Below, piece after piece: positions 30,746 through 44,617 of a stretch of DNA of 64,000 nucleotides; within the stretch, counting starts at the first letter, position 1; every line of letters begins with the position of its first letter. The DNA is from Alteripontixanthobacter sp. (GTDB lineage: Bacteria > Pseudomonadota > Alphaproteobacteria > Sphingomonadales > Sphingomonadaceae): the NCBI GenBank assembly GCA_039968605.1, contig JBDVPM010000008.1:1476968-1540967 (forward strand), read 5' to 3'. A program made the position numbers and the translations under genes. The notes under the pieces are model-generated. The model searched no databases, was not told where the DNA came from, and was given only the letters and a program-made list of their open reading frames with translations.

Positions 30746-31921
30746 TTACTTGGTGATCTTGCTGACAACCCCCGAACCGACGGTCCGGCCACCTTCGCGG
30801 ATGGCGAAGCGGAGACCTTCGTCCATGGCGATCGGAGCGATCAGCTTGACGTCGATGGTCACGTTGTCGCCCGGCATCACCATTTCGGTGCCTTCGGGAA
30901 GAACCACTTCGCCGGTCACGTCCGTGGTACGGAAGTAGAACTGCGGGCGGTAATTGGCGAAGAACGGCGTGTGACGGCCGCCTTCGTCCTTCGACAGGAC
31001 GTAGACTTCGGCGCTGAAGTCGGTGTGCGGATTGACCGAACCCGGCTTCGCGAGGACCTGGCCACGCTCCACATCTTCACGGCCAACGCCGCGGATCAGG
31101 GCACCGATGTTGTCGCCAGCTTCACCGCGATCGAGCAGCTTGCGGAACATTTCGACACCGGTCACGGTGGTCTTGGCAGTGTCCTTGATACCGACGATTT
31201 CGACTTCGTCGCCAACGTTTACGATGCCGGTTTCGACACGGCCGGTCACAACCGTACCGCGGCCCGAGATCGAGAACACGTCTTCGATCGGCATCAGGAA
31301 TGCCTGGTCCACCGGACGTTCCGGCTGCGGGATGTGCTGATCGACTGCGTCCATCAGTTCCTTGATCGACTTCTCGCCGATTTCCTCGTCGCGGCCTTCC
31401 AGAGCGGCCAGAGCGGAGCCCTTAACGATCGGAATGTTGTCGCCGTCGAAATCGTAGGACGAAAGCAGCTCGCGCACTTCCAGCTCGACCAGTTCCAGCA
31501 GTTCCTCATCGTCGACCTGGTCGACCTTGTTGAGGTAAACCACCAGCGCCGGCACGCCGACCTGACGGGCAAGCAGGATGTGCTCGCGGGTTTGCGGCAT
31601 CGGGCCGTCGGCTGCGTTCACGACCAGGATCGCGCCGTCCATCTGGGCGGCACCGGTGATCATGTTCTTCACGTAGTCGGCGTGACCCGGGCAATCGACG
31701 TGCGCATAGTGGCGCGCATCGGTTTCATACTCGACGTGTGCGGTCGAGATGGTGATGCCGCGCTCACGCTCTTCGGGAGCCTTGTCGATATTGGCGAAAT
31801 CGACCGCCGAACCCAGCACCTTGGTGATCGCCGCCGTCAGCGTCGTCTTGCCATGGTCAACGTGACCGATGGTGCCGATGTTGCAGTGCGGCTTGTTCCG
31901 CTCGAATTTTTCCTTCGCCAT
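30746..31921 (-). CDS. tuf: elongation factor Tu
   Basis: [28 protein letters not shown]... 391 aa. Confidence 0.98.
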   Translation of the reverse strand: MAKEKFERNKPHCNIGTIGHVDHGKTTLTAAITKVLGSAVDFANIDKAPEERERGITISTAHVEYETDARHYAHVDCPGHADYVKNMITGAAQMDGAILVVNAADGPMPQTREHILLARQVGVPALVVYLNKVDQVDDEELLELVELEVRELLSSYDFDGDNIPIVKGSALAALEGRDEEIGEKSIKELMDAVDQHIPQPERPVDQAFLMPIEDVFSISGRGTVVTGRVETGIVNVGDEVEIVGIKDTAKTTVTGVEMFRKLLDRGEAGDNIGALIRGVGREDVERGQVLAKPGSVNPHTDFSAEVYVLSKDEGGRHTPFFANYRPQFYFRTTDVTGEVVLPEGTEMVMPGDNVTIDVKLIAPIAMDEGLRFAIREGGRTVGSGVVSKITK

Positions 31922-32025
31922 TTCGTAAAACCTCTGTGTGTAGAATTGTAAATATTGCGGGGTTTAGGCGGCACCCGCGAAACAGGCGCCGCCCCTAGAC
32001 CGTTGGCCCGCCTTAGGCAAGCACC

Positions 32026-34119
<2,094 letters not shown>

Positions 34120-34237
34120 AATCTATTCCTCAAAATAGCGGGGGGAGCCAGGCTCGCACCCCATGTAATGCTTCGTTCGACCGGTTAAAGACGCCTCGCC
34201 GTTGCTGCGAGACGCCCTGACCGATTAGCAGCGCCAG

Positions 34238-34708
34238 TTACCAGCGGTAATGGCTGAACGCGCGGTTCGCATCCGCCATACGGTGCGTATCTTCACGCTT
34301 CTTCACCGCATTGCCGCGATTGTTGGCCGCATCCATCAGCTCGCCCGAAAGACGTGCGCTCATGGTTGTTTCCGGACGGCCGCGAGCCGCACCGATCAAC
34401 CAACGAATGGCCAGTGCCTGGGCACGCTCGGGGCGAACCTCGACCGGCACCTGGTAGGTGGCACCGCCAACGCGGCGGCTGCGGACTTCGACCTGCGGCG
34501 CAATGTTCTGCAACGCATCGTGGAACATCTGCAGCGGATCGGCCTTGGCTTTCGCCTCGACCGTATCGAACGCGCCATAGACGATGCGTTCCGCGGTGGA
34601 TTTCTTACCATCGACCATGAGGTTGTTCATGAATTTCGACAGCACCTGATCCTTGAATTTCGGATCGGGCAGGATTTCCCGTTTCTCGGGACGACGACGA
34701 CGTGACAT
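34238..34708 (-). CDS. rpsG: 30S ribosomal protein S7
   Basis: [18 protein letters not shown]... ATG at 34708 is preceded by AAGGAG. Trimmed from 34238..34780. Confidence 0.96.
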   Translation of the reverse strand: MSRRRRPEKREILPDPKFKDQVLSKFMNNLMVDGKKSTAERIVYGAFDTVEAKAKADPLQMFHDALQNIAPQVEVRSRRVGGATYQVPVEVRPERAQALAIRWLIGAARGRPETTMSARLSGELMDAANNRGNAVKKREDTHRMADANRAFSHYRW

Positions 34709-34754
34709 ATTTGAAACTCCTTCGGAGTGCGGCTCCCCATCCGGGTCGCCTTGC

Positions 34755-34840
34755 GGTGCCAGCCCGTCTCCCCCTTCCAACCACCCGATACCGTATCGGG
34801 AAATGATCGGGTGGTTGGAAGGGGGAGACGGGCTGGCACC
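34755..34840. repeat. 86-nt perfect palindrome (35-bp arms, 16-nt loop) in the rpsL-rpsG spacer
   Basis: Left arm GGTGCCAGCCCGTCTCCCCCTTCCAACCACCCGAT (34755..34789). Right arm (34806..34840) is its exact reverse complement. Confidence 0.9.
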
Positions 34841-34924
34841 GAGGAAAACGCGGATGCGTTTTCCGCACCCAACAAAAACTCGGACCTCACCACCAGCACA
34901 CCGCCGACGACAAGCCCCTAAACC

Positions 34925-35296
34925 TTACTTCGGCCGCTTGGCACCATACTTGGAGCGCGATTGCTTGCGGTCCTTCACACCCTGCGTGTCGAGCACGCCG
35001 CGCAGCACGTGATAGCGCACGCCGGGAAGGTCGCGCACACGGCCGCCGCGGATCAGCACCACGGAGTGTTCCTGGAGGTTGTGACCCTCGCCCGGGATGT
35101 AGCTGATGACTTCGCGCTGGTTGGTCAGGCGGACCTTGGCAACCTTGCGCAATGCCGAGTTCGGCTTCTTCGGGGTCGTGGTATAGACACGGGTGCAAAC
35201 GCCGCGCTTCTGCGGGTTCGCTTCCATCGCAGGGACCTTGGACTTGGCCTTCTGCGGAACGCGGCCCTTGCGGACCAGCTGGTTGATCGTCGGCAT
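34925..35296 (-). CDS. rpsL: 30S ribosomal protein S12
   Basis: [12 protein letters not shown]... 123 aa. Trimmed from 34925..35344. Confidence 0.97.
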   Translation of the reverse strand: MPTINQLVRKGRVPQKAKSKVPAMEANPQKRGVCTRVYTTTPKKPNSALRKVAKVRLTNQREVISYIPGEGHNLQEHSVVLIRGGRVRDLPGVRYHVLRGVLDTQGVKDRKQSRSKYGAKRPK

Positions 35297-36036
35297 AGAT
35301 ATCTTTCTCTTCACCGTTTGCCCGGCCCGGATGGACCGAAACATGAATGGCGGCGACTAGTGGGAGTTTGGAGGAATATTCTAGGACCGCGCGTCATACA
35401 TAAGCCCGACCCAAGTTCGAGGCCAAGCCGGACTGCAGCACCGCAACAAAGCGCGCCGCCTGCCCTAATAGTCGCACGAGCCTGAAACACTCCACCAGAC
35501 AGCCCGCAAGGCCACCGGGTTACTCTGACGGCTGCCCCAAAACGCCGGGACAAACCCTTGCGCTCAATAGAAAAGAGCCCGAGCGCATGTAGCGCCAGGC
35601 CCCGGGACATAACCGGCAATGTTCAGCTCTATCTATCCGAACCACGCATCACAGCGGGTTTGGATACGGCGCATCTAAGCGGATTCGCCGATTAGGTCAA
35701 GGGAGTGCGGACGGATCGCCTGGGAGGCTCCTTGGTGAGAAACTGATGAGATATACACGGCTGCCTAGGCTCTGCACCGGGGCGCACTCCATGGAGTGGC
35801 AGTGCCAGCCATGCAATCATGGGTGCTCAGCGCGAAGGAGACATCCACGGCCACTTGCTCCGATGCATTGGATCCAAAGGGCATGAAATTATCCAGACCG
35901 CTGTTTGAAGCTATCGATACCCAGAGTTCATTGGTCGCATTCTTTTTGGGTTTCTCAGATAGCGTATCCAGCGGGGTTAAGCGGGCGTTCGCTGTTTAGG
36001 TATGGTTTGCGTCGCAGCCTATGCACGCTAGGCACA

Positions 36037-36519
36037 ATGGGTATGAAAGGATATTCATCCCCCGTCACCATCCTGATCGATGCCGATGCCTGCCCGGTGA
36101 AGGATGAGATCTACCGCGTCGCCGCGCGCTACAAGGCACAGGTACGCGTAGTCAGCAACGCCCCCTTCCGCGTTCCGGTAGGCGAGCGGGTGCAGCGAGT
36201 GGTGGTTTCGGACAGTTTCGACGCGGCGGACGACTGGATCGCAGAGAATGCCGGGCCGCGCAGCATAGTCATCACCGCCGACATATTACTGGCCGACCGA
36301 TGCTTGAAAGCCGGTGCCCAGGTCCTCGGCCACAATGGCAAGCCCTTCGACAGCGCCAGCATCGGAACGGCCATAGCCACGCGCGCCATCATGGCCGATT
36401 TGCGCGCCGGCATGGACGGGCCACTCGGAGCAACAGGAGGTGGACCGCCGCCGTTCGGGAAAGCAGACAGGTCGCGGTTTTTGCAGGCTCTGGATCGAGC
36501 ACTGGTGGGGTTGCGCTGA
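36037..36519 (+). CDS. YaiI/YqxD (UPF0178/DUF188) family protein
   Basis: ILIDADACPVKDEIYRVA... is typical UPF0178. ATG at 36037 (or 36043) within the 35905..36519 ORF. Confidence 0.8.
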   Translation: MGMKGYSSPVTILIDADACPVKDEIYRVAARYKAQVRVVSNAPFRVPVGERVQRVVVSDSFDAADDWIAENAGPRSIVITADILLADRCLKAGAQVLGHNGKPFDSASIGTAIATRAIMADLRAGMDGPLGATGGGPPPFGKADRSRFLQALDRALVGLR

Positions 36520-36575
36520 ACTGCCGACATCCCCCCGAGGTCCGATTTTGCTGGCGATAAGGGGGGCAGTTCGCG

Positions 36576-36586
36576 CCCCCCCCCCC
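36576..36586. repeat. C11 homopolymer tract (preceded by a C6 at 36531..36536 and a G6 at 36561..36566)
   Basis: Counted directly: gcg-ccccccccccc-ttcacc. Confidence 0.9.
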
Positions 36587-36859
36587 TTCACCGATAGATT
36601 ATCGTCTCCTGTTTATGCGGATGCGATGTTCCGCAGGCATTGGGTTATAGCGGTTCCCCCATCAATCAGTGATAGGGGCGGTAGGCTGGGCTTGTGGACG
36701 CCCCCGCCCACAAGCTCGTTCCGGAACTAGGGCCAAGCCGCCGATCGCGACTCGGCTAAGACACATCGCAGAGCAGACAGAGAAGTGGGGAGAGTCGGCT
36801 AGTTAATATGGCTAGGTGATATTGCCTATGGCCACTTTGAATGGTTAAGTTGATCCATA

Positions 36860-37300
36860 ATGGGTCAAAAAAATTCCGTAGCAATGGCCGAACCACGGCA
36901 AGGGCTGAGCGCCCGTCAAACAGAGGTTATCCTGCTGGTCGGCAAAGGATTGACCTCAAAGGAGATTGCCCGAGAAATCGGTATTTCGCCATCCACTGTG
37001 GACAATCATGTCAAGGCGGCAGTCGACCGAATCGGTGCACGCAATCGATTCGACGCTTTTCAGCGCGTGCATTTGTCGAAGGAAGATTCGAACGGCGAAC
37101 CGATGCATCTGGACTTTGCCGAGCTTCCTAAGGACAAGCCCTTTTCTCTACTGCGCTTACCTCCTTTGGGCGGTCGGCCGAATCACTTATCACCGACAAT
37201 TCGACTATTCCACGTCGTCCAAATCGCTGTGATTTTGTCGATAGGTTTTTCGGCGGCAATTCTAACCATTGCGGGGGTAGTTCATGTTCTCATTAAATGA
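36860..37300 (+). CDS. LuxR/GerE-type HTH protein with a C-terminal transmembrane anchor
   Basis: LSARQTEVILLVGKGLTSKEIAREIGISPSTVDNHVKAAVDRIGARNR is a LuxR-type HTH. The last ~30 aa (IRLFHVVQIAVILSIGFSAAILTIAGVVHVLIK) are hydrophobic. The start is uncertain (36860 or 36884) and there is no clear SD. Confidence 0.65.
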   Translation: MGQKNSVAMAEPRQGLSARQTEVILLVGKGLTSKEIAREIGISPSTVDNHVKAAVDRIGARNRFDAFQRVHLSKEDSNGEPMHLDFAELPKDKPFSLLRLPPLGGRPNHLSPTIRLFHVVQIAVILSIGFSAAILTIAGVVHVLIK

Positions 37301-37705
37301 GACCGCGCGCACGTTTCCGGTCGCCGCACAGATCGCGGTGGCTAGGGAAGCAAAACATATGCATTCAATCGAAAAATCTGCCGGGCAAGTTATCGCATCG
37401 GATACACAGGATGCCGTCGACTCGGTAAATCAGGCAATTCTCAGCTACACTGGGCTATGCAGCAGCATCATCGAAGTCAGCCGCGCCGCCAACCTTCCGG
37501 CTATGGCGAGCCAGCCTGCGCTGGGTAAGATGAGCGCTGGCATTGCAGCATTGGTTGAAGGGCGCAAGGAAATCGTCGGCGCCGCACGCGACCTGCTCAA
37601 AGTCCAGAAAGCTAGCTCGCTGGGCGCGGTATCGTTCGGATGTCCCGATGGGTTTCCTACCCGTGACAACCGCGTTGCCGCAAAGGCTGAAATCCAGCCG
37701 ACCGA

Positions 37706-37712
<7 letters not shown>
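37284..37712 (+). CDS. hypothetical protein (predicted helical, no recognised family)
   Basis: 142-aa ORF overlapping the upstream stop by 17 nt. A GGGGG lies 8 nt upstream of the ATG. I recognise no motifs. Confidence 0.45.
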
Positions 37713-40140
<2,428 letters not shown>

Positions 40141-40425
40141 GAGGGGTGTAGGCGGGTTTGGAGTGCGGGTCCAGTGGGGGGCAGATTGCGGTGGCGGGCA
40201 AATGGTTGAGGGTTTGCAGCAGAAGAAACCGCAGCGCGCAATCGCGCATTGCTAGTAGTTATTCAGATCAAGAATTCGCTTCGCAAGTGATGGGCCGATA
40301 CTGCCCCGCAGCAATTCAGCAGTAAAATAGACCTTGCCTAACGCCACTTGCACTTTAGCTTCCCGAATCATCCTGCGCCAAATCCTTGGCGCGACAGACT
40401 ATTTTTACATTCGGAGGGGCACATC

Positions 40426-43400
40426 ATGGGTAATTCACTTTTTCTGGGCAGCACTGAATCGGTTCTCCCGCCTTTGTGGCGAAAACTGCGAACGCCTATC
40501 CTGACTTGGGGTTCAGGTGCAACGACGAGAGCGTTTCTTTCTGCGACTTCCGCTGCGGCGATTGCGTTCGGACTTTCCGCGCCCGCGCAAGCGGAAACCT
40601 GTATTCTTGATCGCAACGACGATGGAGAAGTCACTGAGGGTGTCGACAACGACGGTGGAGCTACGTTTAACAACGGTGATGCTGACGCACTAGCATGCGG
40701 CGTGGGAGCCAGAGCTGGTTCAAATGGAACGGCAATCGGCGCTGGTGCCGACGCTGGCTCTGATTCTTTGGCAATCGGTTACCTTTCCTTCGCGTCAAAT
40801 GGTTCGGGAACGGCAGTTGGCAAGTCTGCGTCTGCGGGTGGAATTGCTGTCGCTGTCGGAGCGCACGCAGCGGCGGTCGGAAACGCGGTTGCAGTCGGTG
40901 CCTCAGCTACCGCCAGCGGAAGTGGAGCAGTCGCCATAGGTGGCGCAACAGCATTTGATAAGACAACCGCTTCCGGCGACCAAGCAGTTGCAATTGGCTT
41001 TACTGCGCAAGCCGCCGGTTTCCGATCATCTGCAATTGGCTTCGAAGCCGCTAGCCCAGGTTCAAAAGCTACTGCGTTGGGGCACGCCAGTTCTGCACAG
41101 CAGCAGGGCGCGACTGCAATTGGTACAGAGACAACAGCTTCTGGAGCTGACTCAACGACCGTCGGCTTCGATTCTACGGCTGGGGCGCAGGGCGCCTCGG
41201 CACTTGGTGCTTATGCTAATGCCTCCGGTGCGTTTTCGGTTGCCCTCGGACAAGGTGCCGATGCTACAGGAAGCAGAGGGATCGCCGTAGGTACCGCTTC
41301 ACTAGCAGCGGGGTTCAGAGCCACAGCAATTGGTCTTGGGGCGCAGTCCGCTGACTATTCGATTGCGATCGGCGACTTGGCCCAAGCCGGAAATGCTGCG
41401 TCGCCTTCGCTCTCTCAACGAGCGACGGCAATCGGCTCCGCGGCGCAGGCAACCGCCAGCGACACTACTGCAATCGGTGCAAGTTCGGTATCCAGTATGT
41501 CATTTGCGACCGCGCTAGGTGCAGAATCTTCCGCGTCCGGTGACAGATCAACTGCATTGGGCGCTCAAGCCGTAGCTTCGAGTACTCGGACAGTTGCTGT
41601 CGGTGAGCGCGCGGAAGCCACAGGGTTCAGCTCAACATCGGTCGGGTCATTCAGCAAAGCTCGCGCAGATGGAGCATCTGCATTCGGTAGTTCTGCTTCG
41701 GCAGGTGCACCAGGAGCAACCGCTTTGGGGCAATCAGCATCAGCTTCAAGCAACAATACCGTTGCCATCGGGAAAAGTGCTTCGGCGAGAAATGCGCGAT
41801 CTGTAGCTGTCGGTGCCAACGCCTTAGCCTTTGGTCAAGCCAGTGTCGCTATTGGCAACGAAGCCGAGGCGCTTATGAACGCGATAGCAATCGGAGGCGA
41901 TGCGCAGGCTGATAACAGTAATTCTGTTGCAGTCGGTCAGAATGCAGAAGCCTACGCAAACAACAGCGTCGCGATCGGCGCGAACTCGCTTGCTTCAGAA
42001 AACGACACGTTTTCGGTTGGCAGCGCCGGAAATGGTCGGTTTTCTGCGTTTACGCGGCGGATCACAAATGTGGGCGATGGTACTAACGATACAGATGCGG
42101 TCACTGTTCGCCAGCTTAACAATGCAATAATGAATGTGACTGACTCCGTTGCCGAATTGGCTTCGCCTTTTGTCAACATCAATTCGACCGCAGTAAATGC
42201 AGCGGCCAGCGGTAACGAAGCGATTGCAATCGGATCCGGATCAGATGCGATAGGACAAGATGGTATCGCAATTGGACGATCATCTTCTGCACAAACATTG
42301 GCAACCGTTGCACTTGGGGCGTCCAGTATCGCTCGTGATGAAGGGGCCATTGCGTTGGGCGCAGTCGCATTCGCGCTGGGTCAAGAGTCAGTAGCGATTG
42401 GCGCGGGCGCCCGGGCGGATGAAGAGGACAACACTGCCGTCGGCTCCGGCAGCCGCGCGCGCGGGGCAAACTCTACCGTCGTCGGTGGGAATACGCTTGC
42501 TAATGGTGCGAACACTGTCGCAATCGGAACCGGCACGACTGCGAATGGCAACCGCTCGACCGCCATCGGTGCAGGCGTAGCGGCCAATAATGGCGATACG
42601 GTCGCCATCGGCGCGAATGCCGGAGCGGCCGGATTCGCTTCAACTGCTGTAGGCGTGGACAGCAACGCCGGTGGGTTCAAATCGGTCGCAATCGGTGCTG
42701 GGTCGACGGCATCGCAAGGCGGCAACGCAGCAATCGGGGACGGTGCGCAAGCCACCGGAACGCAAGCCAGTGCCTTTGGGCAAGGCGCTCGGGCGCAGGG
42801 CAACGCCAGCATTGCTTTCGGCGCGCAGACCTCTGCCACAGCCAGCAATTCGGTAGTGATCGGCGTGGGCGCATCGGCGTTGGGCGAGGGCGGGACTGCG
42901 CTGGGCCGCTCGTCTGCCGCAAGCGGCGCGAACTCCACCGTAATCGGTAACGGTGCGCGCGCCAACTTTGCCGGCTCAACCGCTATCGGAGCGGGCGCGC
43001 AGACCACCGCTGCCAATCAGGTGAAGCTGGGCGCGGCGGGTACAAGCGTCGTCGTGGCCGACATCGACGCCAGCACCGCAGCGCAGGTCGGGCCGGTCGA
43101 TGTGGTGACGGTGGACAGCAACGGCGTGCTTGGCCGCCAGCAAGCCGCCAGCGCCGCGCAGGTGCAGGATATTCGCGTGAACATGGATTACATTTCCGCC
43201 GTTTCCGACGCACAGTTCAATGCGCTTAGCGGACAAGTCGGAGCGCTCGACGGGCGAGTGCAGGAGCTTGCTTTCCAGCTCGACGATATCGACCGGTCCG
43301 CGCGCGGCGGTATCGCTGCCGCCGCAGCGCTCGGCAGCGCGATCATGTTGCCGAACCAGACCTTCAGCCTCTCCGGCAATGTCGCCACCCATGGCGGTGA

Positions 43401-43524
43401 GCAGGGTTATGCGGCCAGTTTCACCGGCCTGGTAAGCGAGAATTTTGCACTGGGTGCGGGTATTGCCGGCAATACGGGCGATGACGAGGTGACAGCGCAA
43501 GTGGGCTTCGCGTTCGGGTTCTGA
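40426..43524 (+). CDS. trimeric autotransporter adhesin (YadA-like, type Vc)
   Basis: Dozens of Hep_Hag-like ~14-aa repeats (A.A.G..S.A.G). Neck motif FSVGS...RRITNVGDGTNDTDAVTVRQLN, then a coiled-coil stalk. YadA-type C-terminal anchor ends ...AQVGFAFGF. ATG at 40426 follows GGAGGGG; the track ORF starts at 40348. Confidence 0.85.
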   Translation: MGNSLFLGSTESVLPPLWRKLRTPILTWGSGATTRAFLSATSAAAIAFGLSAPAQAETCILDRNDDGEVTEGVDNDGGATFNNGDADALACGVGARAGSNGTAIGAGADAGSDSLAIGYLSFASNGSGTAVGKSASAGGIAVAVGAHAAAVGNAVAVGASATASGSGAVAIGGATAFDKTTASGDQAVAIGFTAQAAGFRSSAIGFEAASPGSKATALGHASSAQQQGATAIGTETTASGADSTTVGFDSTAGAQGASALGAYANASGAFSVALGQGADATGSRGIAVGTASLAAGFRATAIGLGAQSADYSIAIGDLAQAGNAASPSLSQRATAIGSAAQATASDTTAIGASSVSSMSFATALGAESSASGDRSTALGAQAVASSTRTVAVGERAEATGFSSTSVGSFSKARADGASAFGSSASAGAPGATALGQSASASSNNTVAIGKSASARNARSVAVGANALAFGQASVAIGNEAEALMNAIAIGGDAQADNSNSVAVGQNAEAYANNSVAIGANSLASENDTFSVGSAGNGRFSAFTRRITNVGDGTNDTDAVTVRQLNNAIMNVTDSVAELASPFVNINSTAVNAAASGNEAIAIGSGSDAIGQDGIAIGRSSSAQTLATVALGASSIARDEGAIALGAVAFALGQESVAIGAGARADEEDNTAVGSGSRARGANSTVVGGNTLANGANTVAIGTGTTANGNRSTAIGAGVAANNGDTVAIGANAGAAGFASTAVGVDSNAGGFKSVAIGAGSTASQGGNAAIGDGAQATGTQASAFGQGARAQGNASIAFGAQTSATASNSVVIGVGASALGEGGTALGRSSAASGANSTVIGNGARANFAGSTAIGAGAQTTAANQVKLGAAGTSVVVADIDASTAAQVGPVDVVTVDSNGVLGRQQAASAAQVQDIRVNMDYISAVSDAQFNALSGQVGALDGRVQELAFQLDDIDRSARGGIAAAAALGSAIMLPNQTFSLSGNVATHGGEQGYAASFTGLVSENFALGAGIAGNTGDDEVTAQVGFAFGF

Positions 43525-43636
43525 GCCGCGGGCAGCGCCAGACGGAAGAATGATTGCCTGACACTCAGACGTCGTTTCAGTGGGCAGTGGAAGGGCGTTC
43601 ACCCGCATGACCGGGCGATCCTGCCATATGGCCTGA

Positions 43637-44104
43637 TTACCGCACGATGCCCGCGCCGCGCATTTCCGATGCGGTGATTGTGCCGTTGCGATCGGCATCG
43701 ATGCTGTCGAAACTGGCCTGTGTGGCAACACGGTATTCGATCAGCGTGATCGCGCCATCGCCATTCGTGTCATATTGCGTCAGCAGCGGGCCGGCATCGA
43801 TCGGCACCGCTTGCGGATTGGCGAGCTGAGCGAATTCTTCGGGCGACAGCATGGCGTTGTCATCGACGTCGAGGTTCTCAAACACCGCTCGGTTCTGCCG
43901 CAGCGCCTCGCTCTGCGCAGCCTGGCGCTGGTTGGTGAGGATTTCCTCCCGCGTCACAGTACCATCGCCATTCGCGTCTAGCTGGACGAAGTCGGCATCC
44001 ATCTGAGCCACGAATTGCGCACGCTCGACCTCGGGGATGTCCTGCGCCTGGGCAGATATGCTCAACCCAAGGGCCACCCCGGCGAAAACCAGTTTACCGC
44101 GCAT
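43637..44104 (-). CDS. periplasmic 4xEF-hand calcium-binding protein
   Basis: Signal peptide, then four loops: DANGDGTVTREE, DVDDNAMLSPEE, DTNGDGAITLIE, DADRNGTITASE. ATG at 44104; the track's 44113 start is a TTG. Confidence 0.8.
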   Translation of the reverse strand: MRGKLVFAGVALGLSISAQAQDIPEVERAQFVAQMDADFVQLDANGDGTVTREEILTNQRQAAQSEALRQNRAVFENLDVDDNAMLSPEEFAQLANPQAVPIDAGPLLTQYDTNGDGAITLIEYRVATQASFDSIDADRNGTITASEMRGAGIVR

Positions 44105-44125
44105 TTCGTGCAAGTCCCTTATGCC

Positions 44126-44527
44126 TCAAAGCCGCAGCAGCGCCGCGATAATTGCGGCCACGCCAATCAGTGCGGAAAGCCCAGCCCACAGCATCGATGC
44201 CGCCCCCATCAGCCGGGCGGCGAATTTCATGAACAGATCGCCGAAAGCCAGTATCAAGGCACCCTCGATCACAATCCAGCCGCCCAGCAATGCCACCACT
44301 ACGCTCATCCAGTCGGAAGGATTCCACGGATTGGTAAGATAAATCGCTGCACCCAGCACGATACACAGCAGCCCGGTGAGGAATTGCAGCGCCCTGCTCT
44401 GGTTCAATTCACCGACCATCCGCGCCCAGAAGCCTGGCGCACGCAATTCGCCAATGGCGGCGGCGAGCGCATAGATCCCCATGAACAGCAGCACCCAGGC
44501 AGGCGTGTTGGCGGCAGTATCGATCAT
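44126..44527 (-). CDS. small polytopic membrane protein, unknown function
   Basis: 133 aa with 4 hydrophobic segments. AAGGAA SD lies 7 nt upstream of the ATG at 44527. The stop is 21 nt from the EF-hand gene's ATG at 44104 (12 nt from the alternative TTG at 44113). Confidence 0.6.
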   Translation of the reverse strand: MIDTAANTPAWVLLFMGIYALAAAIGELRAPGFWARMVGELNQSRALQFLTGLLCIVLGAAIYLTNPWNPSDWMSVVVALLGGWIVIEGALILAFGDLFMKFAARLMGAASMLWAGLSALIGVAAIIAALLRL

Positions 44528-44617
44528 GGCGAATTCCTTTTCGGCCAGTACGATACACTTTTTCGCGGAACTTCGCCAGAACCGTGGGGGCACAGGCGCG
44601 CGGGTGGTTCGGTTCGA

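Noticed and set aside
34605-34921. Short ORFs (34605..34868 -, 34627..34899 -, 34727..34921 +, 34653..35012 +) crossing the rpsL-rpsG spacer
   Set aside because: They are generated by the 86-nt palindrome; the same peptide ([10 protein letters not shown]) appears on both strands. They have no SD and no coding signal.
35743-35750. CUGAUGAG, the hammerhead-ribozyme core motif, in the non-coding region upstream of rpsL
   Set aside because: I could not find the matching GAAA box, the stem II/III pairings or a cleavage-site context. An 8-mer match is expected by chance.
40700-43000. Highly repetitive DNA that might be taken for a repeat array or CRISPR
   Set aside because: The periodicity is the ~42-nt degenerate coding repeat of the adhesin head domain, inside one long ORF. 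There are no identical direct repeats with unique spacers.
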